A stretch of 64,000 bases of DNA. Source: a virus. The stretch spans positions 32,001 through 96,000 of the IMG/VR virus record IMGVR_UViG_3300047476_000597, one strand, 5' to 3'. Of the stretch, positions 18,257 to 28,344 are shown one piece after another. The notes under the pieces were generated by a model. That model did not search any database. It saw only the letters and a program-made list of their open reading frames with translations, and was not told where the DNA came from. Both the position numbers and the translations under genes were made by a program. The stretch's first letter is position 1. Every line of letters begins with the position of its first letter.

Positions 18257-18643
18257 CTACTGTATTTTTATAATGTTACGATACTCTGTTATAAAACTCT
18301 TTCCCCAACCACATACAGTTAGTGTGTATGTTTTACCGGTATCCAGTGACATGAACAGCTCACTGTTGTTATAGGCACCGTTGATGAGACTGTTCTCTAT
18401 TACGAATAGCTCTTTATCTGTTTTTACTAGATACCGGTATTCAGTTGTTATATCTCCACCGGCACCAGACATTCTTGTTTGTACCTGTTTACTCCTGATA
18501 GTACAGCTGATGGTTTCTCTTTTTGTGTCACCTATTACTGTTCTTATAGAATATACTAGGATTATTAGAACTATTATACCAGCTACTATGTATGTTCTGT
18601 TACGCATTGTTTTGTATTTTTTGTGTATGCTCATTGTTATCAT
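18257..18643 (-). CDS. Membrane-anchored DUF1523-like protein
   Basis: N-terminal TM helix; YLVKTD...NSELF...GKTYTLTVCGW...YRNIIKI. Confidence 0.6.
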   Translation of the reverse strand: MITMSIHKKYKTMRNRTYIVAGIIVLIILVYSIRTVIGDTKRETISCTIRSKQVQTRMSGAGGDITTEYRYLVKTDKELFVIENSLINGAYNNSELFMSLDTGKTYTLTVCGWGKSFITEYRNIIKIQ

Positions 18644-18646
18644 AGT

Positions 18647-19208
18647 TTACTCTGGATTATTTACTGTTTCGACTACATTGTACTCTTTTTCTGTAAGAGC
18701 TACCCACTGATTACTATTCCTATCTGTAGGGATATGTCTCAGATTGAGTATATACACTATCTTACTATCATCGTCTGGTTCTCTGAGCTGTATACGAGTC
18801 TCATATTCTTCAGTAGCTACTAGGCCGTAACATTTTAGTCTACCTATTGCTTTTTCTTTTATTGTTATTACTGATGGTTGTTCCATTGTTATTGTTGTTT
18901 TTTGTTTGTTTTTAGAAAAGAGATAGGATTTATAGGTATACGTATGAATATTATTAGTCTATTATTTCTGGTATTACATAGATAGAAGATACTATATAGT
19001 TTTTAAAATACTCTGGATTAGTTGATTTGTGATTGACAAAATACACAAAGTTGTGTAGTATTACCTGAGATTGTATTATTGTATCCTCTTCTGTTGTTAT
19101 AGTATATACCTTAGCATGTTTTATATCCTCAGACATATCACACATTGTACTACAGTGATAACCAATAAACTCTCCATCTTTACTGGTGTATTTGAATACT
19201 TTTTTCAT
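18647..19208 (-). CDS. Two small hypothetical proteins (18647-18886 and 18954-19208)
   Basis: ORFs in operon. Confidence 0.55.
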
Positions 19209-19235
19209 GTTTGTTGTTTTTATTGATTAATAATA

Positions 19236-19727
19236 CTAATGAGCATAGTCGTATCTAGACAGAGGATTAGTATCTCTCCAAGCTACAGGATGTAATATCA
19301 TGTTTTTATGCTGCGCTTTTTTAACAGCATTAGGTTGAGTGAGTCCTGGTCTATTGTGGTCTTCTGCTAGTGCTAATCTACTACTATTGAATGCGATGAG
19401 CTCATTAAACTTGACAGCTGGTATGTATGGTACTATTACTACAGCTTCTTGGTTTCCTAATCTCTGTAGCTGTTGACTATTAGCATACCGGATAGCTAGT
19501 TGCAGACCTAGTTTTGTTGTAGCTGGTCGTATCTTAGTTTTCTTATTAATAGCCTTATTGACAGCTTTACTCACACTCTCAGGACACATGTCTTCACCTA
19601 GTAGGTATTTTACTAATGCTGATCGTTCTTTGAATATAGCTATACACTCTGGTACAGCTGTATTGTATATAGCTATTGGTGCCATGTTAGATAATGCTTC
19701 TTGGATACTGTGTGTTGTGTTTTTCAT
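19236..19727 (-). CDS. Possible NUMOD1-like DNA-binding protein
   Basis: PIAIYN...IAIFKERSALVKYL followed by a helix. Confidence 0.45.
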   Translation of the reverse strand: MKNTTHSIQEALSNMAPIAIYNTAVPECIAIFKERSALVKYLLGEDMCPESVSKAVNKAINKKTKIRPATTKLGLQLAIRYANSQQLQRLGNQEAVVIVPYIPAVKFNELIAFNSSRLALAEDHNRPGLTQPNAVKKAQHKNMILHPVAWRDTNPLSRYDYAH

Positions 19728-19739
19728 ACGTTGTTTGTT

Positions 19740-22700
19740 TTATTTTTTGTAACGCTTTAGTGTATAGTTGTCTTTTACCCACTGCATAAACTCTTTCCAG
19801 CAATTCTCTGATATGTAATTAGCTATTTTATTGTGGTGCTCATATCTATTAAGGACTTCTTCACCATAACGTAATACTAATCTATCATAACATGTTATAC
19901 CACAATAGTTTTTACCTAGATTACACAGCCACTGATTTTTCAACCAGCTGTAAACACCTATATAACCCTTATCTTTTTGGTATCCTTTCTCTCCACCCCA
20001 CTTTTTCTCTTTTTTAGGCTCAGATACTATTATATCATCTAGCTCATCTTCTATAGCCCAGTCTGCATATTCTCCCATGATTAGTTATTTATTGGATTAG
20101 AAATAGATTGGTCATTAGCTTCTAGTCCCCATTTTGATACTATAACAATACCACCATTGTTTAAAACAGCATATACTATAGGATCTTTGTTTATTGGGTT
20201 TTCTTGGAACATATCTTGTGGTGCTAATATAAACAAACAGCTAGAAGCAGGAGTACCGTCTTCATAAAATGCTTTACATACAGCATTTTTGATATTGTCT
20301 TTCAGTACCTGTTCTGTTTTTACTTTTTCTAGGAATCCTTTTATCTCTCTTAGATTTTTCATAGGTACATCTCCTATATACCTATCTATTGTTCCTTCTA
20401 TTAGGTTGTATTTTCTCGCTACCCTGTTTAAAGAAACACGTTCTACTACATTGTAACCTAAAGATCTTATATTGTTTACAAGATTATTCTTTTCTGTTAT
20501 TTTGGTATTACGTACATATTTTTTTACATCTGGATGACCATAAAAACCCGTTTGTAACATTAGTTGAGCTTTTTCTTCTGTTATAAACAGTGGTTCAGTA
20601 ATACCCAACGTAAAAGATTCTGACAGAGCTGTATGTATTTCTTGTATTTCTGTTCTAGTGAGTACCATGTTTTTGTTTGTTTTTGATTATTAAACGAATA
20701 TACTAAAAACCTGCTGCAATCATGTCAGTAAGAAGATGCATAACCCTGTCTTTTGGTGTTTCTTCTGTGTAGATAGCTATATCCTTAGCATCATTTACTG
20801 ATGCTAATAGATCAAAAGATTCTTTTATATTATGTTGTTTTTCAAAAAACATCTTTATTGCTGCTGATAAACTACTATTGTAACCCCATCCTCTAATACT
20901 TATATCTATAGGATAATCATTAGGATTAAGAGCATTTAGTCTATTAAGATGGCCTATTGCACAATAAGAGTTTTTTCCATTACTATACATATTAGTACAC
21001 CACTGTTCAGCTGGTATAGGATATAATAACCTGTATGCTTTTTGTGCTATTGTTTCATTCTCTGGTATTTGTGTTTCTGTGTTCATGTTGTTTGTTTTTT
21101 ATGATTGTTGTTTACTATACTCTTTACATGTAGTAGTGTTGTAGTACATTGTACGCTCATATTTTAGCTAGATTACAACAACTACTACAGCAAAGAGCAA
21201 TGTTATTCATTCTTAGGCCATACATTCTTTTCATACCAGCTGCAGAATGCTACTGGATCTTTCATCATATCAGCTAGTGTTTGATCTTTAGCTGGGGATA
21301 CCCTATACACCATTGGTTTTTGTGGGAACTTTATATACGTACCCTGAGTAACATCTGTATATGTCATTGTGAGACCTAACAATGTACCAACCTCTAAACA
21401 TACTAGACAGCCATTGTCCTCACTGACTACTGGTACATACCTGTCTGCTGGTTGATACTTAGATCTGAATAGACCTATTGTTCTTGATTGTGCTTCTTCT
21501 AGCACTTCTTGTAATGATTTGCTTTCTGTTGTCATTGTTGTGTTTTTGATTGTTAACTACTGAATGATACTAGATACCCTTGTCTTTGATAGTTTGCTAC
21601 TATACTAGCTATAGAATCTGATGAACAGCTGCCACCTGCTACATAATGTCCTTGATTGTGTATACTGAATATGTTATCATCTTGTATGTAGTTTATGTGG
21701 GTGAACTTTTGATTGTTGGTTGCCTTCAGCTGTTATAGGAGTGGTAGGTATTTCTACCCATGTTTCAGATATTTCCATTTTGACCAGCTGAATACCTCTA
21801 CGTTCTAGTATACCAGCTATCAGATCATCTTGTTCTTGTTCTGTGAGTGTGATAGCACTAGTAGTATTGAACAGATCATCAGATATAATCATCATTATTT
21901 TGTTATTGTCTTCTACTGCTAATAGGTCTATTATACTACCTTTTTCTTGCAGCTGTTGTGAATAATAATGATTAGTCATTGTTTTCGTTTTTGAATGTTT
22001 TTAGAATATTTACTCTAGTTTGTAAAGCTGTTATGATGTCTGGAATAGTTTCACACATTGCAGGAACATTTGTAATATAATCAGAGTTTATTATTACAAA
22101 CTTTGACTTCTCAAGAAGCCATTGACAACCATATACTGCTTCATCAAAAACAATATTAGCACAATAACATACCCCACGTTCTACAGAGTATTCTTTACAT
22201 ATTGCTTTTGCACCTTCAAGAGTATAAAAGAGTTGAACATCTTTTATGCATTTCTCATAGTGTTTTATCAGCTGTTTAGCCAGCTGTTCTGTCATTAGTA
22301 TTGCCATGATTGTTGTTTTTATGTTGTTAATAATTAGATATATCTCCAGTGAGTTGGTGTATAATACACATACATACTACCGTCAGCTAACCACCATAGG
22401 TTGCCTTTACGTTTTAGGTATTGTACATTTCTTTCGCCAGATGCATCGACTATTCTTGTTTCTACTATTAGATTATCTGGTGGCAACATGTTATTTACTG
22501 ATGTCCAGTTCATTGTGCTGTGTTTTATATTGTGATTAATAGCATTGTTGATAAAACTCTACGACAGCTGCAATAGGATGTATAACAGCTTCATCTATAT
22601 TATGTGGTTTTGTCACAGTTTTGTGTACAGCTGCTATAAAAACAGTTCCTACAAATGCAGCTGTTATATATTCTTCTACAGTTTCTACTTCATTATCAGG

Positions 22701-22790
22701 ATCAATGTCTTTAGTACCTTTGATAATAGCATACAAAAAATATTCTTTTGTTGTGTAATAACGATTGTTTATTGTTTTTATGACTAGCAT
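19740..22790 (-). CDS. Array of small accessory ORFs (19740-20078, 20081-20668, 20703-21086, 21203-21535, 21677-21979, 21972-22307, 22536-22790)
   Basis: Co-oriented, tightly packed, A-rich leaders; no family recognised. Confidence 0.6.
22334..22513 (-). CDS. DUF551-like small protein (59 aa, absent from the ORF track)
   Basis: MNWTSVNNMLPP...PTHWRYI. Confidence 0.65.
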   Translation of the reverse strand: MNWTSVNNMLPPDNLIVETRIVDASGERNVQYLKRKGNLWWLADGSMYVYYTPTHWRYI

Positions 22791-22881
22791 TGTGTTTGTG
22801 TTTTTTATGATTAATATTATTACACCAGCTACATAGTAATAATGATATAGTTGTATCTATCATTATTACCAACTAGCTGTG

Positions 22882-23100
22882 TTAGTTGCCGATGTCACTC
22901 ATAAACTGAGTATCTATATCTTGGTTATCTGAACTATGCATTGCTTTTAGTTTTAACAATGCAGCATCTGCTATTAATGCTATTCTATGTTCTGTAGATA
23001 GATACTTACAGGTATCTATGTATTGTTCTACGAACTCAATATCTCTGTCTAGGTTTTGCATATCTGTGTATGCTGTACCTCTTGCTTTATATTCTGTCAT
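22882..23100 (-). CDS. Hypothetical protein (probable start MTEYK at 23100)
   Basis: A-rich leader before 23100; the longer track ORF extends through a structured RNA. Confidence 0.55.
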   Translation of the reverse strand: MTEYKARGTAYTDMQNLDRDIEFVEQYIDTCKYLSTEHRIALIADAALLKLKAMHSSDNQDIDTQFMSDIGN

Positions 23101-23130
23101 TTTATTTTGTTTTAGTTTGTTATAAAAATA

Positions 23131-23254
23131 CCTATAGATGAGTATGGGGTATGGTCCATTGGGCTTCGACTCTCGTATGAGTCCCTGCTGAACGTATCCA
23201 ACATAGGGCTTAGGCCGTAACGGCACCTGTGACCATCTCATACCCACCTACAGG
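23131..23254 (-). ncRNA. Candidate structured RNA (long stem closing three hairpins)
   Basis: Locally GC-rich; about 24-bp outer stem with G-U pairs on the minus strand; three inner hairpins, one with a UACG loop. Confidence 0.55.
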
Positions 23255-23263
23255 CATTGATTG

Positions 23264-24038
23264 TTATTCAACTGGTTCAACCAACCTAATGTTCAATGGA
23301 TTACAGTATATTATCTGACCATCATCACATATAACTGCTATAGGCATAGTTATCTCAACATTACTCCATATTCTTCTTATACCAGTAGTCTGCATACTAT
23401 CTGTCTTTACTATACGGCCTTGTCTATGAGTATAATCATTAAGAGATGTACCAGCTGGATACATAGCAGTCCATTCATCATCTCTGAGTCCTATAGTATT
23501 AATATGACAATCACGTAGACCACTGTTATCTACGAATACCACTCTACCACCTATAGATGCTTCTATAGTATGACATTCTCTAGAGGTTTCTTTGTTGTTA
23601 TCATTGTATCTTATCCAATATCCTGTTATTGTGTTCATGTTTGTGTGTTTTAAATTGTTAGTATTGTTACTGATTAGACAGCTATCTGATATTAGACTCA
23701 GGATAATAACCATAAGATAGACCACCTGTATCAGCTGGTAATATATCTACAGGTAGTTTATCCAGATCGTAATAGTATACGGTATCTGTTTTACCATCTA
23801 ACCAATCTTGTAACAGCTGCTGCCCTATCTTCAGTCTTTCTATAGTATCCTTCACATTAGCCTTGAACCTGTCATCATTTACGAATGTATCTGACCACAC
23901 TTTATTCCTTCTAGGCTGGTACTGATCCGCTTGTACTGATTCATTTGTTACTGAGCCCCTTATCTGTAACATAAAATTCATTGACCCAAAAACAGTTAGG
24001 TTGTCTTTATTGATGTCTGATTGCTTTATTGATTGCAT
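23264..24038 (-). CDS. Two hypothetical proteins (23264-23638 and 23682-24038)
   Basis: ORFs; starts re-chosen at ATGs that have A-rich leaders. Confidence 0.55.
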
Positions 24039-24396
24039 AATACGATAGCCACTATAGTAGGCACACACTGTTATGAATGATTGTTGTTGTCGTTATTGTT
24101 TGTATTAGAGAATGTTGTATGTGCGTATATATAGCAGAAAAGAAAAAGAATGAAAGAAAGGACAAAAGGAATAGTCACCCTCCCTCACTCTCACCAACTC
24201 ACAATATTTTTTCCACCAACACATATTAAAAGCGCTATTAATACGTTACAGCTGTAACAATCTACTAGCTGTCGTTAGTATTCTAGCTGGTATCTGATGT
24301 TATGCTCCGTTAGTTATTGTACTCATATCTACTAGGTAATAAGAATAAGGGAATCGGCTACAATCGTTACTGGTGGCTGCTTTCAATATTGGAAAC

Positions 24397-24487
24397 TATC
24401 CCAAAAAGGATACTTTTTCCGGGAATACTATCCTTTTTTGGATACTTTTCCTTTAATATTGTTGACATTAGTATCCTTTTTTGGATA
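24397..24487. repeat. Three TATCC-N6-GGATA boxes (24397-24412, 24429-24444, 24472-24487); operator/iteron-like
   Basis: TATCCTTTTTTGGATA occurs twice, plus one inverted near-copy, just upstream of a TATCTTTG box at 24496-24503. Confidence 0.8.
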
Positions 24488-24518
24488 GAATAAACTATCT
24501 TTGTACAAAAGAAACAAT

Positions 24519-25028
24519 ATGCAAAAGACAGTATTCCACAGCACAAACAACAGTATAAGAGGTGACGAGTATGAAAACCCTTTAACAGGAGCTACACTGC
24601 ATGATGATGTTGAAGGTGATAGAGTATATCATAAGAAGCAGACTGGAACATTTCATATTGATAGTAATAACTACGTAATATTTGATGATGCTGCAGCAGC
24701 TTATCTATGTAGAGAGTTATCTGATCCAGACTATGCTCGTGTTGTTAAGATAGGTAGTATGCTATACTCAGATTGTTCTGTGGTGTATAACAGAGAGAAA
24801 AGAACAGCACACTCATCTGAAACACTGAGTACAGCTCTTAACATGGATCTTAATAAGTTCTATGTTATGGTACGTAAGCTGGTTAAGAAGAACATACTGT
24901 CGTATTGTGTATGTGCTCCATCAGGCTATGTGCAGAAGATATACATGCTTAATCCGTACATTATACGTAAGACTAAGAACCTAAACTGCGAACTACACTC
25001 ATTCTTCAGAGACGTAACACAAGAATAA
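24519..25028 (+). CDS. RepL-like winged-helix protein
   Basis: HTH SSETLSTALNMDLNKFYVMVRKLVKKNIL with wing IYMLNPYI; has its own promoter and runs opposite to its neighbours. Confidence 0.65.
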   Translation: MQKTVFHSTNNSIRGDEYENPLTGATLHDDVEGDRVYHKKQTGTFHIDSNNYVIFDDAAAAYLCRELSDPDYARVVKIGSMLYSDCSVVYNREKRTAHSSETLSTALNMDLNKFYVMVRKLVKKNILSYCVCAPSGYVQKIYMLNPYIIRKTKNLNCELHSFFRDVTQE

Positions 25029-25030
25029 CT

Positions 25031-25183
25031 ATGAGCAACTACTATCTAGTATGGGACGGAAAAGAACCTGACAGTCAGCTAATGATTGCGTATGATTACC
25101 AAAGAGCAATAAAATATGCTAGAGAACACAGCAGCTATGTCAAGGACTACAACGGGAATATGTTATGTGATTACAGGCATTGA
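25031..25183 (+). CDS. 50-aa hypothetical protein (absent from the ORF track)
   Basis: MSNYYLVWDGKEPDSQLMIAYDYQRAIKYAREHSSYVKDYNGNMLCDYRH starts directly after the RepL-like gene. Confidence 0.5.
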   Translation: MSNYYLVWDGKEPDSQLMIAYDYQRAIKYAREHSSYVKDYNGNMLCDYRH

Positions 25184-25220
25184 TAACCCGAAATCGAGTA
25201 TACAGATTACAGACTAATAA

Positions 25221-25260
25221 AGAACAGCCTACTACCAGTTACGGTAATAGGCTGCTTTGT
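25221..25260. terminator. Hairpin between convergent genes
   Basis: cagcctactacc...ggtaataggctg. Confidence 0.55.
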
Positions 25261-25265
25261 TTGTA

Positions 25266-25868
25266 CTATTTGGTTGTACCAGCTAACATGTTAGCAGCTG
25301 CATTCTGTATAGCACCAGTGTTTGCTTTACCAGATTGTGCAGTGAATGCCTCTAGTTCTTGCTGATTAGTATGCTCTATACGTACATCATGAGCTGTACC
25401 AGTTGGTTCCCAATAACGGATGTTATAGATAGGTTGGTCATTCACCTTCATAGGTATACCAGCTGTACGTAATGCCTCACTACCAAACTTCAGGTCTTGT
25501 AGAGGATTAGCTGGATTAGGCGGTGTTAATGTATCTTCCGATACTATCTTACCACCGATGTTCATTCCAGCCTTGTATTGAGCTTGTAATGAGGTCACAC
25601 GCCCTCTTTGGAGACATGCACGTACTACATCATACTGCACACCCTTCTGAAACTCTGTAGTTGCACTATACAGCTGTATGTAACCAAAGCCCTTATCACC
25701 ACGAGCTGTTACAAAATCTCCTGGTAGCTGGTGTACACTACCGTCTTCATCTTCCATGAATTCAGGCATTACTATTACTGCACCTGGTTTTCCTTGTTTT
25801 GCATACTCCAGACTCATTTTCTCTGCGTATGTTCTTTTTGCGTCTCTTACTTTCTGCGAATTTGCCAT
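25266..25868 (-). CDS. Conserved early protein of unknown function
   Basis: 200-aa ORF with FGYIQL, GKIV and QPIY motifs that I recall from related phages. Confidence 0.7.
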   Translation of the reverse strand: MANSQKVRDAKRTYAEKMSLEYAKQGKPGAVIVMPEFMEDEDGSVHQLPGDFVTARGDKGFGYIQLYSATTEFQKGVQYDVVRACLQRGRVTSLQAQYKAGMNIGGKIVSEDTLTPPNPANPLQDLKFGSEALRTAGIPMKVNDQPIYNIRYWEPTGTAHDVRIEHTNQQELEAFTAQSGKANTGAIQNAAANMLAGTTK

Positions 25869-26078
25869 AATACTTCTGTTTTTGTATTGGATTGTTATAA
25901 AAATGGTTAAGACACATTAGTGTTTCGGCTATTAAAGCCATAGTATTACTACTATCTGGATAATACCAGTCATCAGTTAACCTTTATTGAAAGACCCATT
26001 ATTAACTATTAGTTAGTAGAGGTGTGGTTCTCATAGGAGACAAAACCTGTTTAACTTTCAGTTAATAATGGGTAGATA

Positions 26079-26835
26079 TTATGTAGTAACAGGTGTTAGC
26101 TCTTCTATTGTAGGGAGTTGTCCTTCTTCTAGTACTACTTGTTCGCCTATAGTACAGTATATGTTTTCAAATACACCAGCACGTACCTCTAAGATGTAAT
26201 TAGCTGCTTCAACAGCTGCCTCTCTATTAGAGTATACAAACTCTCTTGTAGTATACGTCTTATTGTGGTGTACGTGAACAGTAACCAGATATACTTTATT
26301 CATTGTTATAGATTGAGAGATTAATAAAAACCAGCTGACTGCATTACACAACCAGCTGGATAAACACAACACATAATCACACTATCGGAACTTGTTCTCA
26401 ATAAGAGCACAACAAGCTGCAAGACACAAGAAAACACCAGCATACAGGAACGTAATCCCATTACCAGTATACATACTACTCATCATTGCAGCAGCAGCTG
26501 TAACAGTGAGTAATACAACAAATAACATAATCACTATAGAACGTATAGTCATAACACAATAGATTAAGAGAGTGAGAGAATGAGAATATATAACAATAAC
26601 CAAACACTAGGGATTAACCTAGTGCTTGGAGTTTAGCAATGAGAACAGGTAATTCAGCCTCGTATTGGGCTGATATACCAGCATTACGTACACGTTGTGC
26701 AAGATATTGCTCACGTAACTCAATAGAGTCCATGAGATATTCTTTACGACATATGTTCGTAAAATGAGTAAGAGTCTGCTCATCAACATGAGGAGCTAGA
26801 AGATGCAGGATACGTGACACTGTATTACTGTCCAT
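26079..26835 (-). CDS. Three small ORFs at the start of the minus-strand arm (ending 26079, 26382, 26614)
   Basis: Co-oriented ORFs; the middle one has two TM helices. Confidence 0.55.
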
Positions 26836-27116
26836 GAGTTGTGCGATTTTAGAGTGGATAAAACATTTCGATACGGGGTACCGAGGCTAATGGATTGAAG
26901 GGGAGTCGGATTTGGCATAGTCCTACCCACAGACATTTCCATTAGGTTTTTATAAAAAATTTTCTACTACTCCCAGTCACAGCTATCTTTATGTTTTTAT
27001 TTTTAAAAAAAATTTCAAAATATCCGATAGTTGTAGTACCCTTGTTTTATCCTATACTATTCCTACCTTTGTTATTCACTAGCATCTACCGGTGTAAAGA
27101 CGAACCGGATTATACA

Positions 27117-27815
27117 ATGACTAATACACAGAGTTTTGCTGCAAGAGAGTTAGACATACTCTCTAAGACATGGGATAAGAATAACCCAGATGAGGAACCA
27201 GTTATCCTAGAGTTTACTCCTGAGATACTAGCACTATGTGAGAGGTTTGGTAATAGTGGACAGAGTGGAGGATCTGCACCTTATGTAGCTGGTGCTATAT
27301 GTAATGCACTGAAGAAGCTGCTGTTACAAGAACCTATTGCACCTATAACAGGAGTAGAGGATGAGTGGTTCAGTGTCTATGGTATGAACCCTAAAAAACC
27401 AGAAGGTTATCAAAACAGTCGCTGTAGTTCATTGTTCAAGGATGCTAATATACAAGACGGTAATCCTTATTATCTAGATGCTATAGTGTGGAAAGGCGAT
27501 ACAGAAGGAGAGTCTGGTACTGATTGGGAAACATTCTCCGGTACTGTAGCTGGTATAACTAGTAGGCAGTTCATTAAAGGGTTTCCATTCATTCCTAAAA
27601 CATTCTACATAGATGTTACTAGAGAATATCTACCAGCTGACCATACAGAGGAACCATTCTATGAGTTTGATTACTATGATCAAAAGATATACGAGGCAAC
27701 TGGTGTTAGAGAGTGGGTAAAAGAAAAATACCGATATAAGATAAAGGACCCTAAGCAGCTAGAAAAGGTTTGGAAATACTATAAACAACCAAAACAGCAA
27801 CATGACAACATCTGA
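27117..27815 (+). CDS. Conserved phage hypothetical protein (probable start MTNTQ)
   Basis: SGQSGGSAPY, PITGVEDEW and QNSRCSSLFK motifs; TACCTTTG box at 27064-27071. Confidence 0.7.
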   Translation: MTNTQSFAARELDILSKTWDKNNPDEEPVILEFTPEILALCERFGNSGQSGGSAPYVAGAICNALKKLLLQEPIAPITGVEDEWFSVYGMNPKKPEGYQNSRCSSLFKDANIQDGNPYYLDAIVWKGDTEGESGTDWETFSGTVAGITSRQFIKGFPFIPKTFYIDVTREYLPADHTEEPFYEFDYYDQKIYEATGVREWVKEKYRYKIKDPKQLEKVWKYYKQPKQQHDNI

Positions 27816-28179
27816 GATACGCATACCACTCCCACTAACAGACCTATCTGATAGAAGAGTACTATCAGTAAAAGAGTGTAGTATGGTATTATACCCACAA
27901 CACATAGAGTATAAGGTCATTACTAAATACGAGCAGATGGACAAGTCTACCGGTATATGGGAAGAGGTTTCTGCTAACTACCGGTGGACTAGAAAAAGAT
28001 CTAGTATGGCTGAGGTTAATATGCTGTATTGTAATAAAGAAAAGATGTATGTTGTAGGTATTGATGTGTTAGGAGCTGATAGTAACTGCTGGCACTGGGC
28101 TGATCCAAAAGCTGCACTAACTATATACAACCAGCTGCGAGATTATATGTTAGGTAAAACCTTGTTTGTTTCAGAATAA
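27802..28179 (+). CDS. Hypothetical protein
   Basis: Coupled ORF. Confidence 0.65.
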   Translation: MTTSEIRIPLPLTDLSDRRVLSVKECSMVLYPQHIEYKVITKYEQMDKSTGIWEEVSANYRWTRKRSSMAEVNMLYCNKEKMYVVGIDVLGADSNCWHWADPKAALTIYNQLRDYMLGKTLFVSE

Positions 28180-28344
28180 TTACTACCTTTGTTATGTATT
28201 CATAGAATTGATTTTCCCTGGCTTGGTCTCAAGCTGGGGTTTTCTTGTTAATTTCTTAATATACTATTACCAACCTTTTTATTATTATTCTCTGTACATT
28301 TGCAACATCACATCTTTATTATAGTTTCATACTAAACACATAAC

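Noticed and set aside
21545-21680. Possible frameshifted small ORF (MITYSVY.../NQGHYVAGG...)
   Set aside because: Too short to distinguish from chance without homologues.
23190-23225. Twister or hammerhead ribozyme (CCUAAGCCC, GAA motifs)
   Set aside because: I could not assemble the remaining conserved core or pseudoknots, so the element is left as an unassigned RNA.
24397-24487. CRISPR mini-array
   Set aside because: The repeats are only 16 bp, the spacers are 16 and 27 bp, and one copy is inverted. No cas operon is present; the Cas4-like gene is a stand-alone phage nuclease.
26991-27116. Hydrophobic N-terminal extension of the track ORF
   Set aside because: It spans T-tracts and a promoter box; the ATG at 27117 is the more plausible start.
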